Positions 1-11,322 of a DNA stretch of 30,515 nt are shown piece after piece. The notes under the pieces were generated by a model. It had not been told where the DNA came from, searched no databases, and worked only from the letters and a program-made list of their open reading frames with translations. Source of the DNA: Octopus sinensis (taxonomy: Eukaryota); NCBI RefSeq assembly GCF_006345805.1, contig NW_021832442.1, positions 1-30,515 of the forward strand, read 5' to 3'. The translations under genes were made by a program, and so were the position numbers. Positions within the stretch are counted from its first letter, which is position 1. Every line of letters begins with the position of its first letter.

Positions 1-189
1 TTCTTGTGTACGTCTGTATGTGTTTTATTTGTATATGTAAATGTGAACATCGGGAATATATTTGTGCATATATCTGTAAAAGATGTGTGTGTATGATCGT
101 GAGTGTGTGAGTATGTGTGTGAACGTGTAAGTGAGCGTGTGTGTGACTATGCTTTTATGTGTTTACATATGTATGCATTCATGTGCTTG

Positions 190-370
190 TGAGGGAGTGA
201 AAGCGAGAGATGGAAAGAGTGGGTGAGAGGGAGAGAGAGAAGGGGAGAGAGAAAGAGAGAGAGAGTGAGAGAGAAAGAGAGAGAGTGAGAGAGAGTGAGT
301 GTGAGAAGCAGAAAGACAGAAACTGAAAGAAAGCGAGAAAGAGAAATGGAGCGATACAGAAGGGGAGGGT
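190..370. repeat. (GA)n-rich low-complexity tract
   Basis: Imperfect GA/GAGT repeats; explains ORFs 163..396 and 179..412. Confidence 0.85.
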
Positions 371-1101
371 GTTAGCTTCAGTAAACAATTTGACAAGAGA
401 ATCGCTTATCAACCAATATATACAGTTTAAGGGACAGGCAGATACGGGTGGTCTGACGTTGGGTTGACGTCTGAATGAGGGTAGTGTTAGAGAACAGGTG
501 GAATGCCAGATATGCAGTGTGAAAGATGTGGGTAGCGTATAGCGTGAGTAGAAATGTGGGTGGAATATAAGTAGAGTGACAGGTACATAAATGTTGCAGG
601 TAAGTAGTGAGGCGTTGTGGTTTGAGTGTTGCTGTATGTGTGTTTGTTTGTGTGTGTGTGCCTGTGTGTGTATGTGCGTGTGTGCCCGTGCGTATGGTAG
701 ATTTGTGTCTAGACTGGTATATTCAAAATGATAGTTGTAGATTGTCAGTCATTTAACCACCGGTCAGCACCAATAGAGTAGAATGATGACCAAAGAAATT
801 CCAACCGTGCCTACCTCGCCTTTTATTCGCCATATATCTTTCATTTTTAAAGGGCGTGGTTTTAGAATATACAACTGTTATTTCTAGTGTGTGGAGTGAT
901 ACATATAGGATCTAATATTGCATTGTGAACGAAGTCATCTTAGCGTCATTATAGACCCCAGGTAAATCGATACATGGGCATTTATCTATTGCCAGCATGT
1001 TACTGGACATATGGATCAGGATTGGATCCCTAGACTTGTGAAGGTTCCCGGGCAACTGCTGCAGTGTTGTCATGTACTGATTGTTATATATAATAATAAT
1101 A

Positions 1102-1106
<5 letters not shown>

Positions 1107-1156
<50 letters not shown>
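1107..1156. repeat. (TA)n microsatellite
   Basis: Perfect TA run. Confidence 0.95.
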
Positions 1157-1159
<3 letters not shown>

Positions 1160-1210
1160 TATACACACACACATGTACATGCACATGTATATGTATATAT
1201 ACTTGCATAA

Positions 1211-1387
1211 TATGGGTACAGGGCGTCAAAAAAAAACGTGAAGAAAATTAGAAATGAGAACATAAAAGACAAAAGCGTGGAAAACGAACTTTTTTTCGAA
1301 CAGCAAAACAAATTGAGAAACGAGACAGGCAACATAAAGAACATTCCCTTCATCAGTTGTCCCCTGTTTTATCTACTAAGTGGTTCG

Positions 1388-1388
<1 letters not shown>
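1211..1388 (-). mobile_element. Terminal fragment of interspersed repeat family PB (probably Penelope-like)
   Basis: Shares the terminus TGGGTACAGG(G/T)CG(T/C)CAA with 13647-13662. Minus strand ACAACTGATGAAGGG matches ACAACTAATAAAGGA of the 13.7 kb copy. Flanked by microsatellites. The Penelope assignment is inference. Confidence 0.5.
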
Positions 1389-1453
<65 letters not shown>

Positions 1454-1488
1454 ATCTATCTCTCTCTCTATCTATCTCTCTCGCTCTC

Positions 1489-1558
<70 letters not shown>
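1387..1558. repeat. Compound microsatellite (TCTA)n-(TC)n-(TA)n
   Basis: Direct reading. Confidence 0.95.
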
Positions 1559-1559
<1 letters not shown>

Positions 1560-1563
<4 letters not shown>

Positions 1564-2300
1564 TAGGTAACTTAGATATGTTTCGACCAAAGATTGATCC
1601 AGGCCATGTCTACATGTCTAACTTAATAGCACCATCTGATAGGATTATCTAAATCCTGTTTAAGTCAAGTTTTGTTTATGGTTCATTCATGTAGTGAGTT
1701 CTTGTTGAGTGAGTTGTATCCAGGTATGAGTGACTTATCCGGTATTCCTTGAAGAAATATATCCAGGCTCCGTTTAAAGTTGATGGGATCCTTTTCCTCT
1801 TCGATCTCTTTCGGGACAATGTTAAACAGCGCAGGGCCTGTTGAGGAAAAGAAATTATGTCGCAGCGTACCTATATGCTGTGATCCTGAATTGGGCTGGG
1901 GTCGTATGGCTCGTGGTCTCAGTCTTGGATGAACCTTGAAACTAATGTTCAGGTTTTTTGGGCAATGCTGGCGGTATATATTCTCCACATCGTACAAATG
2001 ATGTACTGCTCGCGGCGGCGCTGGAGAGAGTAGAGTTTCAAGGCTTTAAGGCGGTCCCAATAATCGAGATCAGTTATGCCTTCAATTCGTTTGGTGAGTG
2101 CCCTCTGGGGTGATTCAATCCTCATGATGTTTTGTTTTGTATAGGGACACCACAAGAGCAGCAGTATTCGAGGTGTGGCCGTACAAAGGAAGAGAAAAGT
2201 GGATTGATGACACCTTGTTCTCTGAACCGGAAGGTTCTTAAGACCCAGGTGCTCATCCTACGAGCATAATCGACCTTATTGGGCACTCCAACTGCGATTG
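1560..2300 (-). mobile_element. 5'-truncated CR1/L2-group LINE: ORF2 C-terminus (frameshifted) plus 3' UTR
   Basis: Successive minus-strand frames read WVLRTFRFREQGVINPLFSSFVRPHLEYC, WCPYTKQNIMRIESPQRALTKRIEG..LDYWDRLKALKLYSLQRRREQY and GPALFNIVPKEI..FKRSLDIFLQGIPDK. This is the typical post-RT C-terminal region of CR1-group ORF2. Confidence 0.9.
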
Positions 2301-2325
2301 TTATCTACAATTACACCCAGATCTC

Positions 2326-2326
<1 letters not shown>

Positions 2327-2386
<60 letters not shown>

Positions 2387-2430
2387 CGTGTATGAGTGTA
2401 TATATATACATATATGTATATATATATATA
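2327..2430. repeat. (TA)n/(TG)n microsatellite
   Basis: Direct reading. Confidence 0.9.
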
Positions 2431-2451
2431 GGTATAAAAATTATATATAAA

Positions 2452-2856
2452 AAGGGACAAGAACGTGAAATACACAAAGAGACGAACACAAAAAACGGAC
2501 GGGTCATTCGAAGCCTTTAATTTTCAGTCAGGAACCGGATCATCATAGCAAATTTCGGCTGATTAATCCTGATATTGCTCCGACACGGCCAGCCCCAATG
2601 AAAAACTAAGCTGCGAGCTTTAGATTTCTTGGAAAAAGGATCGAATGTAAACGAAACAAGGACAGAAAAACGGACGAAGCCACACGAATATAAAAACAAA
2701 AAAACAAAAACAAGAATGGTAATAACAGGACAACAGCAGGTGTCTTACGACTTTAGACAAATTTAACTTATCTAGCAGGCGTGTTTTGAAAAAATGCCTT
2801 TTCGACGGACGAAAACAATGTTGAACCGGCAGCGGTCACCAGCGGAATGGCTGGTT
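2452..2856 (-). mobile_element. Interspersed repeat family PC (possible Penelope-like terminal repeat), copy 1
   Basis: Reverse complement aligns by eye with 16258-16710 (AAGACACCTG.TGTT, TTCCAAG.AATCTAA, AGCTTAGTTTTTCATTGGGGCTGGCC, AATGACCCGTCC, CGTTCTTGTCCC). Flanked by (TA)n. Confidence 0.7.
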
Positions 2857-2867
2857 ATATATATAAC

Positions 2868-2931
<64 letters not shown>

Positions 2932-2949
2932 ACATTTGTGTATGTTTGT

Positions 2950-3217
2950 ATATTGGTTTCAAATTTTGACACAAGGCCAGCAATTTTGGGAGAGGGAATA
3001 AGTCGATTACATCGACTCCAGGGCTCAACTGGTACTTATTTTATCCTTCCATTGAATGATGATATATTCCTTTCTACACCAGGCACAAGGTCCGAATTTT
3101 GGTGGGAGGTAGGGGGCACTCAATTAGATTGACCCCAGTGCGCAACTGGTATTTAATTTATCGACTCTGAAAGGATGAAAGCAAAGTCGACCTCGGTGGA
3201 ATTTGAACTCAGAACAT
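2950..3217 (-). mobile_element. Two partial copies of tRNA-derived SINE family A
   Basis: 2950-3050 and 3066-3217 match the reverse complement of the SINE at 17872-18270 (GGAATTTGAACTCAGAAC, AAAGTCGACCTCGG, AACTGGTACTT). Confidence 0.85.
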
Positions 3218-3605
3218 GGGTGATGATACATTGACTGAATATATAGACTGAGGACCGTACATCCTATATAGAGAGAGTATTGTTCAGTACACGACAATAG
3301 ATCGCTTAACAACAATTGCGCGTCTATCAGGACGCTTGAACAGTTAGAAAGAGCAGACAAGTTTTATACAAAGTGATCTTTTCTAAAACGTTGGAGTGTG
3401 GTTGAAGGAAGATTTGGTTAGTATTCCTAGCAGATAGAACATACTTGGAGAGGTTCGCCTATTGGTGGTGCTAGGCGTGTTTTTAATTTTATCACTAATG
3501 TTGTCGTTGTCGCAATAGCCATGGTACATTGATAAGCAATATTGAATCCAGTAGGAGTCTAAAATTCTGTCCTTCATCGTTACTATCTTTGGTGTTGGTA
3601 ACGCT

Positions 3606-3642
<37 letters not shown>

Positions 3643-3697
3643 CACTCACACACACACACAAACATCTACACATTCACACACACACATATGTACATAT

Positions 3698-3836
3698 GTA
3701 GAGAATTCACAAAAAAGTACAAAAGACGAAGGCAGGTGGTGTAGACAACAAACAGATGTATTAGTATAACGCTCAGGAAGTGAAAAAGTCCTTAACTTTT
3801 CGAGCCTACGTTCTTCCACAGAAAGGAACACAGAAA
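3698..3836 (-). mobile_element. Penelope-like terminal fragment (family PA) with hammerhead-like motif
   Basis: Minus strand CTGTGGAAGAACGTAGGCTCGAAAAGTTAAGG...CTTCCTGAGCGTTATACTAATAC parallels 7193-7250 (CTGACGAAGAGCTCCGTTCGAAACGTT...TTCCTGAGCGTCCAATAATAC). Confidence 0.6.
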
Positions 3837-3930
3837 ATGGATATGTATTTGATCAATGCTGGGGCTGTTGCTTGTGTGTCTTCGTTTTTGTAGTTGTTGT
3901 TCGAGCTGGTACACTCATGCACATATACCT

Positions 3931-4451
3931 GTTTTATCTTTTATCACTTGCTTGTTTCAGTTATTAGACTGTGACCATGCTAGAACATCTCCTATAAGGA
4001 ATTTAGTGGAACGAATCAGCCCCAGTAATTTTCCTTAAAACTTGCTGATTATTCTATCGGTCTTTAGCCGAATTATTAAGTTACGGGGGTGAACACTCAC
4101 CACAGAGTTGTTAAGCAGTGATGGGAGAGTAACACTGACACAAAGACACGCACTCACTCACTCACACTCACACACACATATATACACACACACGAACGCA
4201 CGCGCACTCACGCACACATACACAAACACGTACACACACACGCACACAATTCACACGCGTGTTTTTCTCAATATATTCTTTTCTTTCTTACCAGCCCTTT
4301 CCTCTTTTTGAGAAAGAGCCATGCTCGAAACGTCACTCTCCCTTTTTTGCATTTTAAGTTGAGCCTCAACCTAATTAATACGTTAACTGCTTATGTCCTT
4401 TTGACTCTTCCTGTTTTTGTTGCTGTGTGTATGTGTGTGTGTGTGTGCGTA

Positions 4452-4487
<36 letters not shown>

Positions 4488-4585
4488 CGACAAGCTTCTT
4501 TTCAGTTCCCGTCTGCTAAATCCACTGAACACTGAACTATATGGTTATTAAGCCAGCTCCTTACCACACAGTGCGCCAGCATCTA
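3931..4585 (-). mobile_element. Degraded SINE family B copy, split at its internal microsatellite
   Basis: Tail half 3931-4150 and head half 4483-4585 (TATACGACAAGCTTCTTTTCAGTTCCCGTCTGCTAAATCCACT...CTTACCACACAG) are collinear with 19657-20057. Confidence 0.75.
4262..4422 (+). mobile_element. Penelope-like terminal fragment (family PA relative) nested in the SINE
   Basis: TTGAGAAAGAGCCATGCTCGAAACGTC followed by TTGAGCCTC..TAATAC; same layout as 7193-7250. Confidence 0.5.
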
Positions 4586-5112
4586 TATTCATATTTGATC
4601 GAAGCTGGTGCTGTTGGTGTTCTTCATGTTATTGTCGCTGTTGTTGGTGTTTTTGCTTTTGTTGTTGTTGTTGTTGTTGCTTGTGGTGGCGGTCGAGGTA
4701 GTCATCATGATAGTAGTACAGCTGTTAGGGAACCGTGGTACTAAAATCCTTAAAACTTTCGTTATTACTAAAACACCTGACCTACATCCTCGGACAATGC
4801 TTAATGCGATTAAAAGGGTCTAAATAACTTCCTCATCACAGTAACAATAACAAAAGCAACAACAACAACAACAACAACAACAAAATCAACACTGACTAAA
4901 GCAACATCAACAGCAGCCACAAAGAAAGAAAGAAAAAAAAAACCGTTATTGATCATGAAAAGCAGAATTGGGGATTGAAGTGGGAAGCTATAATGGAGAT
5001 TATAATGATGACAACAGCAGCAACAACGATTATAACAACAAAAACAAACAAACAAGCAAAAAACAACAACAACAACAAAAACGACGGTGAAAACAAAAAA
5101 CAATAAAGCAAC

Positions 5113-5165
5113 TTATACTACTACTTCTACTATTCTTGCTGCTACGACAATAACAATTGCTACCG

Positions 5166-5218
<53 letters not shown>

Positions 5219-5341
5219 ACTGCTACTACTACTACTGCTGCTGCTACTACTACTACTGCTGCTGCTATCACCACCACCACCATCACTACCACCACCACCA
5301 CCACCACCACCACCACTACCACTACCACCACCACCACCACC

Positions 5342-5401
<60 letters not shown>

Positions 5402-5410
5402 GCAGCAGCA
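5113..5410. repeat. Compound trinucleotide repeat (TAC/TGC/CAC)n
   Basis: Direct reading; explains the poly-T, poly-L/P and poly-V ORFs. Confidence 0.95.
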
Positions 5411-5756
5411 CGATGCAAGAACTACATCCTCTCTCTTGCCTTACGTTCGGGCCAGGTCTGCCTTATTCAGACAATTAACTACCTGCTTTTCGGATGTATT
5501 GAAAAGAGCGCAGAGGGCGAGGGCGATGCCTTACCTTCAATGACTAAGCCATAAAAAAAAAATAAATGAATAAATAAATTGATAACTAAATAGATAAATA
5601 GATAAATAAATAAAGTATTAAGCATAATGTTCAAGCAAGGTTAGTAAAGAACAAACATTTGAATAAGTAAATCTATGAAATAATTCAACGCGGATGATGT
5701 GGATAATCCGACCTCTCTGTTGAAGGTTTCTCCAGCTACTGTCACCGTGTGTATGA

Positions 5757-5900
<144 letters not shown>

Positions 5901-6092
5901 CATACCGAGTCTTTCTTCCACACAGATTGATGATCATTATATATTTACTGTAGTTTGATCTCCTATTAATGTCATGTTAATGACTTTTGTATCAAATATC
6001 AAATAATCCTTCGTACGTATTCCGGTATTTAGAAAGTGAATGCACAAACATATAAATCTCATATATACACGCATTCGTATGTATATACGTGT

Positions 6093-6412
6093 GAAGCTGC
6101 GTGGCTTGGTGGTCAGGGTGTTCGGCTCGCGATCGTAAGGTCTTCAGTTCGATTCTCAACGGGGCATTGTGTTCTTGAGCAAGACACTTTATTCTATGTT
6201 GCTCCAGTCCAGTAAGCTGGCAAAAATAAGTTGTACCTGTATTTCAAAGAGCCAGCCTTGTAACATTCTGCGTCACTGAATCCCCTAGAGAAATACGTCA
6301 AGGGTACGTGTGTCTGTGGAATACTCAGTCACTTGCACGTTAATTTTACGAACAACCTGTTCCGTTGATCGATTCAACTGAAACACACGCCGTCATAATC
6401 GACGGTGTGTCA
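6093..6412 (+). mobile_element. tRNA-derived SINE family C
   Basis: A-box-like TGGCTTGGTGG and B-box-like AGTTCGATTC, followed by TGTGTTCTTGAGCAAGACACTT (resembles a SINE central domain). A highly degraded relative of its 3' half appears at about 19420-19600. Confidence 0.7.
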
Positions 6413-6451
6413 GAGTCTGCGTGCGCGTGTGTATTTATGTGTGTTTAAATG

Positions 6452-7114
6452 CGAGGCCTGATCAAAATGTATCGGGATTGTTGGTATGGTAACAGAGTTA
6501 AAGTACGCAGATTGATGTCGAGAGGTTCACGTTCACCTTGAACCCCATCGCACTTTGCACACTAACGTTTTGCCCCACTTCCGTTGTTTATGAGAGTGCA
6601 TAGAAGTAAAGTGTGTAGAGTGTTGCCCTCGACCCACACCACAGTGGTTATGTCAGTGACTGTGACTGAAAATATGTGTGGATATGTGTCTATATGTGTG
6701 TGAGTGTACGTGTATGTGTGTGAGTATGTCATTCTGTTATGTGTTTCACCCTAAGGCTCTGGCCATGCTGGAGCACTATGTGTGAGCGTGTATGTGTACT
6801 GTATATGCGTGTGTGAACGTGTGTGTATGAGTGCGTGCATGGAAAGACACGCGGCTTGAAGATTATTACAGACAAGAATGTTTCCAAGAAATCAAATCAC
6901 ACTTAAAAGAAACTATATTTCGAGATTTCGAGAAAATCCCTCGAAAAATGCGTCGAAGCAGCAGCGAACTATACCAAAGAAGGTCCAGGAATGCATCCAT
7001 CAATGGAAAGTGGCTTTAGAAAGGAACTACTTAGAAGGAGATTAAAAGCCGAATTGATATGTGTTGTAGTTTTCTTTTTATAGCACCAGTCCCAAGACCT
7101 TTGATCAGACCTCG
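6452..7114 (+). mobile_element. Internally deleted mariner-type DNA transposon
   Basis: TIRs CGAGGCCTGATCAAAATGTATCGGGATTG (from 6452) and CAGTCCCAAGACCTTTGATCAGACCTCG (to 7114), followed by TA. Transposase C-terminal remnant across frames: ..IKSHLKE..TIPK..QECIHQWK..NYLEGD* at about 6880-7045. Confidence 0.8.
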
Positions 7115-7116
7115 TA

Positions 7117-7309
7117 CGTGACCGCGTGTGTACTGTTGGCGATTTTTTTCCCTCCGTCTTCCCTTCTCTGGATCTTTCTTTTTTTTATGTTTCTGACGAA
7201 GAGCTCCGTTCGAAACGTTCTTCCCTTCCTTCCTGAGCGTCCAATAATACTATATTTGTTCCACGTCCTCGCGTTGCGTTTTCTCTTTGTGTTTTCATGT
7301 TTGGATTAA

Positions 7310-7310
<1 letters not shown>
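7117..7310 (+). mobile_element. Penelope-like terminal fragment (family PA), ending at (TA)n
   Basis: Carries a hammerhead core. Its 3' end (CCTGAGCG..TAATAC..TTGTTCCACGT..GTTTGGATTAA) recurs at 24523-24612 and, more diverged, at 25401-25500 (minus). Confidence 0.65.
7193..7220 (+). ncRNA. Minimal hammerhead ribozyme-like motif (probably inactive: stem I 3' strand missing)
   Basis: CUGACGA-A-[GAGC-UCC-GUUC]-GAAA-CGU-U: both conserved core boxes, a 4-bp stem II with one G-U pair, and palindromic ACGU in place of stem III. Confidence 0.6.
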
Positions 7311-7345
<35 letters not shown>

Positions 7346-7389
7346 GGTAAAATCAGTGCGGAAATATAAACATGATAGGTAAATTTTAC

Positions 7390-7630
7390 AAATTATTTTA
7401 TAATTATATACATAATTATAGCAAGTGATCGGCTTTACGCCTCACCACGCACTGCAATACGTAGACGCTAAAGCTACTATTACCACCTTAAAATCTTCGA
7501 GAATAACATACTAGATTGTGTTTTATTCTCGGAGATTTTAAGGTGGTAATAGGGCCTTGAGCGTCTACTTCTTGCAGTGCTTGTTCAAATATCCCTTGTT
7601 ATAATTATGTATATAATTATAAAATGATTT
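7390..7630. repeat. About 240-bp imperfect palindrome (MITE/fold-back-like)
   Basis: CTATTACCACCTTAAAATCTTCGAGAATAA pairs with TTATTCTCGGAGATTTTAAGGTGGTAATAG; GCACTGCAA..GTAGACGCT pairs with AGCGTCTAC..TTGCAGTGC; outer ATTTTATAATTATATACATAATTATAGCAAG pairs with CTTGTTATAATTATGTATATAATTATAAAAT. Confidence 0.9.
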
Positions 7631-7651
7631 ATATCATATACAACACACACA

Positions 7652-7731
<80 letters not shown>

Positions 7732-7736
7732 CTATA

Positions 7737-7772
<36 letters not shown>

Positions 7773-7779
7773 ATACATA

Positions 7780-8431
7780 CAGCGTGCGATGATAATTGTC
7801 GCTATTTTATATTTTTTATTTCGCGCATGCGCATTGTTTGTTCTTGGTTTTGTCGACTACACAGTATATTAGGGTCAGTTGGGCACAGTTTATGAGAAAG
7901 ACAGCACTATGACGCAATTCACTCTGCCAGAAATTTGGAAACGACATATACTGCTTGGCATTCAAGCTGGAAGCTCCAATTCAGACATTTCAGAGTAATT
8001 GGGTGTCAATCTCAGTACAGTGTAAGCTGAGGATATGTAACGAGAGTGATAAATCTCAAACATCCAGGCAACATCATGATGTTTGGAGTGATCACTAGTG
8101 TTAGCGACGTTAAGCCTCCATTCATCTTCCCTCACGGCCTCAGACTCAACGCGGAAGCCTGCATAAAGTACCTGGAAAAAGTAGTGCTGCCCTGGGTCAA
8201 GAGGGTGTCTGCTGGAAAACCCTATGTCTGGCAACAGGACTCTGCACCATGCCACACAAGCAAGAAAACCCAGTCATGGCTGTCAGATAATTTCTGCGAC
8301 TACATCACCCCTAACATCTGGCCACCTAACTCCCCAGACTGCAACCCCCTTCATTATTATGTGTGGGGCGCAGTTGAACGTAAGACCAACAAAATCCCTT
8401 GTAACTGAGGGCAAGGGTTATGGCAGCATTC
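7780..8431 (+). mobile_element. DD37D (maT-type) Tc1/mariner derivative, internally deleted and 3'-truncated
   Basis: Left end TA|CAGCGTGCGATGATAATTGTCGC; N-terminus MTQFTLPEIWKRH. ORF 8046..8408 has WQQDSAPCH...WPPNSPDCNPLHYYVW, with 37 residues between the second D and the third catalytic position (here H). Confidence 0.9.
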
Positions 8432-9504
8432 AGTCCGACTATGCAGCATCTTGGACAAAGTTTTTTTCCTACTATATCTCCAGGGCTGTAGCAAACACAT
8501 AGTAATAGTCATAATCTATTGAGAGAGGATACTGTAGTTAGGGTATAAGAAGCAGAAAGGCGAGATGCTAGGTCTGTTACTAGATTTTGGTGTGTGTTGC
8601 GCGTATCTTCTTGTCAACAGCCCGAGTTGTCTTTCTTTAGATGCATTCAAAGATGTCTGAATATAACTGTAGCATTATACCAGATTTGGAATCAGTAGTT
8701 CATTACGAGTCCGCATGATCTTTGCAGAGTCAGCTGTTATTTGGGGTGAGGGATAAAATGTTTTCTGATCCTGAAAAAGAAGGTAAATAGTTGTGTTGAT
8801 AAATATTTGAGCATTATCTGGAGCAATAATAGAAAATGCGATTTCTGGCTACAGGCTGTTGATGTTGGCGTTAGTAGCAAAGGTGGTGGTGATATTGGTA
8901 GTGATTGTGGTGCTAGTGTTGGCAGTGATGGCGTTGGTAGAGGCGGTCAAGACTGTAATTTCGTCACCTGTGTTACGATTGTGTCTTTGAATTGTTGAAA
9001 GAGACAAAGTTGGTATAACCTCACTGGAGAATATATTCGAGGTTTCTGACTTATGTAGTAAATGTAGTGTGAGGTGTCTGGATAGCTTATGGAGAACACT
9101 TGGTCAAGGAAAGGGAGGAATAAGAAGTCGCATCATCACCATTCGTGTGACCGTTAGTGAAACAAAATACTTTGAACAACAACGCCATTGACCAGTGTGA
9201 TCAGTTTTATTATATGCAGCCACAACACAGCTGGATGCATTGAAATAAATACTTCAGGGATACTTAGGTTAATATGACAAATTGTTAAATCATCACCTCT
9301 AAAAATTATGTGAGTGAACAACCCATCGCGGGCGTCTTTATGCAGTCGCGACATCAGCTGGGAAAAGCAGCTAAATTTCCCTCAAAGTGCATCTTACTGT
9401 CTTAGAAAACGATGTATTTGGATAACAAAGAAAGAAGGAATGATTGCAGCTGCAAAGCCTCTGACCATAGGACTACTATGTCAAGGCTTACGAGGGGCTA
9501 AAAA

Positions 9505-9615
9505 ACATCATCATCATCATCAGCAGCAGCAGTAGCAGCAGCAGCAGTTGCAGCAGCAGCAGTTGCAGCAGCAGCAGTAGCAGCAACAACAACAACAACA
9601 AGTATAGCAGCAGCC
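9505..9615. repeat. (CAT)n-(CAG)n-(CAA)n trinucleotide repeat
   Basis: Direct reading. Confidence 0.9.
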
Positions 9616-10349
9616 ACAATATGTAATCTACTGAAAGCTTCAGTGGCAGCGATGGGGTACGAAAAGAAAACGGCGTGGTTCTTTATGATTTATGAATACA
9701 TGCAAGTACGAAACTGCCTTACATAAAAGACAAACTGTGAGGATGATGATGGTGGTAGTGATGGTGGTTGAGTGAAGATAGTGATGATAATGGTGGTGGG
9801 GATGAAGGTGGCTGAGATGAGGATGGTGTTAATGGTGGTTGTGGTGGTGATAATAGTAGCCGTGACAGTTGAGGGTGGTAGTGGTGATAGTGAAGTGGTA
9901 GTAGAGTGGAGGTGATGGAGTGGTTGTGTTGTTGCTGCTGTTGCTGTTGTGTTGTTGTTGTTGTTAAGCAATAAGACGGGTAAGGGTGATTAGGTGATGG
10001 TCTAGGGCTTAGGGGCGGGAGACGCCCGACACCACTGGGAGGTGACCCTCGAAGTCGCTGGAAATGGAGATCTCCAGGTCCAAATACTTGAACGGCTGCT
10101 GCTGTTGCTGGGAATGCTGGTGTGTTTAAAGCTAGGGTGAACATCATTATGGACTTGTTGATGTTGTTGTTGACGATGACGACGTCGATGGTGGTGGAGG
10201 TGGTAGTTTCTCGTGGTGATGAGGATTGGTGATTGTTTTTTCTGCTAACCAGTTGGTCAGTTAGCAAATGGTAACAAACAAGCTTCCATCACACATTTTT
10301 TTACAAGTAGGATAAAAGGAGGTTTTCAAATCAAATCCCTACTTTGAAT

Positions 10350-10567
10350 ATTGATTTCAAATTTTGGCACAAGGCCAGCAATTTCGGAAGATGGGGCTAA
10401 TCGATTTCATTGACACCCGCCAGTGCTCAACAGGTGCTTATTTTATCGACCCTGAAAGTATAAAAGGCAAAGTCTACCCTGGCGGAATTTGAACTAAGAA
10501 CGTAAAGACGGACGAAATGTCGCTAAGCATTTTTCCCGGAGTGCTAATGATTCTGTTAACTCGGGGC
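10350..10567 (-). mobile_element. SINE family A, full-length monomer
   Basis: Collinear with the reverse complement of the 17872-18270 head (GCAGAA..TTAGCAC.CCGGG, GTTC..AGTTCAAATTCCGCC) and tail (GGCCTTGTGCC). Confidence 0.85.
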
Positions 10568-11144
10568 TTTACTTACATTAAATATTGGTAACAAAACGAA
10601 TTCTGCTAAAGTCATCAAAGATTCACATGGTGGAGTTAAAACGGGCGATGTATTAAGCCTGAAGTTTAGAAACCGTAAAGGAAATTGCAAGCTGTGATTA
10701 AATAAAATTCCCTGTACAATTCATAGATAAAAAAAAAATCCTCGTAGTTGCTTAAGACTCTAAAACCAATAAAGGTAGATAAATTAAACAATATCAGCTT
10801 ATCAAAAGTTTTGGAAAATGAAAAGGAAACAAAAAATTGGAGTGTATATGGTCTTTAAAACCAACTGGTAATAGATATGGACGTTTCTCACACACTAGAC
10901 TTCCTTGGTGAAGCACATTCAACTCAGTTGGTAAGATTAAGAACGATCAATACTTACATACATACGTAACGTACATACATACATACATACATACATAAAT
11001 ACATACATACATATGCATGAATATGTAATATATAATATATATATTATATATATATTTGTAAAAAAGAAGTTTGAAAACGCCACTATATTAGATAAATTTT
11101 AATTTTCTTATGAATTTTACATGTTTCGGTTCTTGAAAAAACGA

Positions 11145-11183
<39 letters not shown>

Positions 11184-11208
11184 GCTTACATACATATACA
11201 TACAATTA

Positions 11209-11306
<98 letters not shown>

Positions 11307-11322
11307 TATACTATAATAATAA
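11209..11322. repeat. (TAA)n microsatellite
   Basis: Direct reading. Confidence 0.95.

Noticed and set aside
1335-1365. CTGATGA hammerhead box on the minus strand
   Set aside because: No stem II plus GAAA follows it.
10878-10932. Minus-strand CTGAGTTGA...GAAACGTC as a hammerhead
   Set aside because: First box is non-canonical and there is no convincing stem II.
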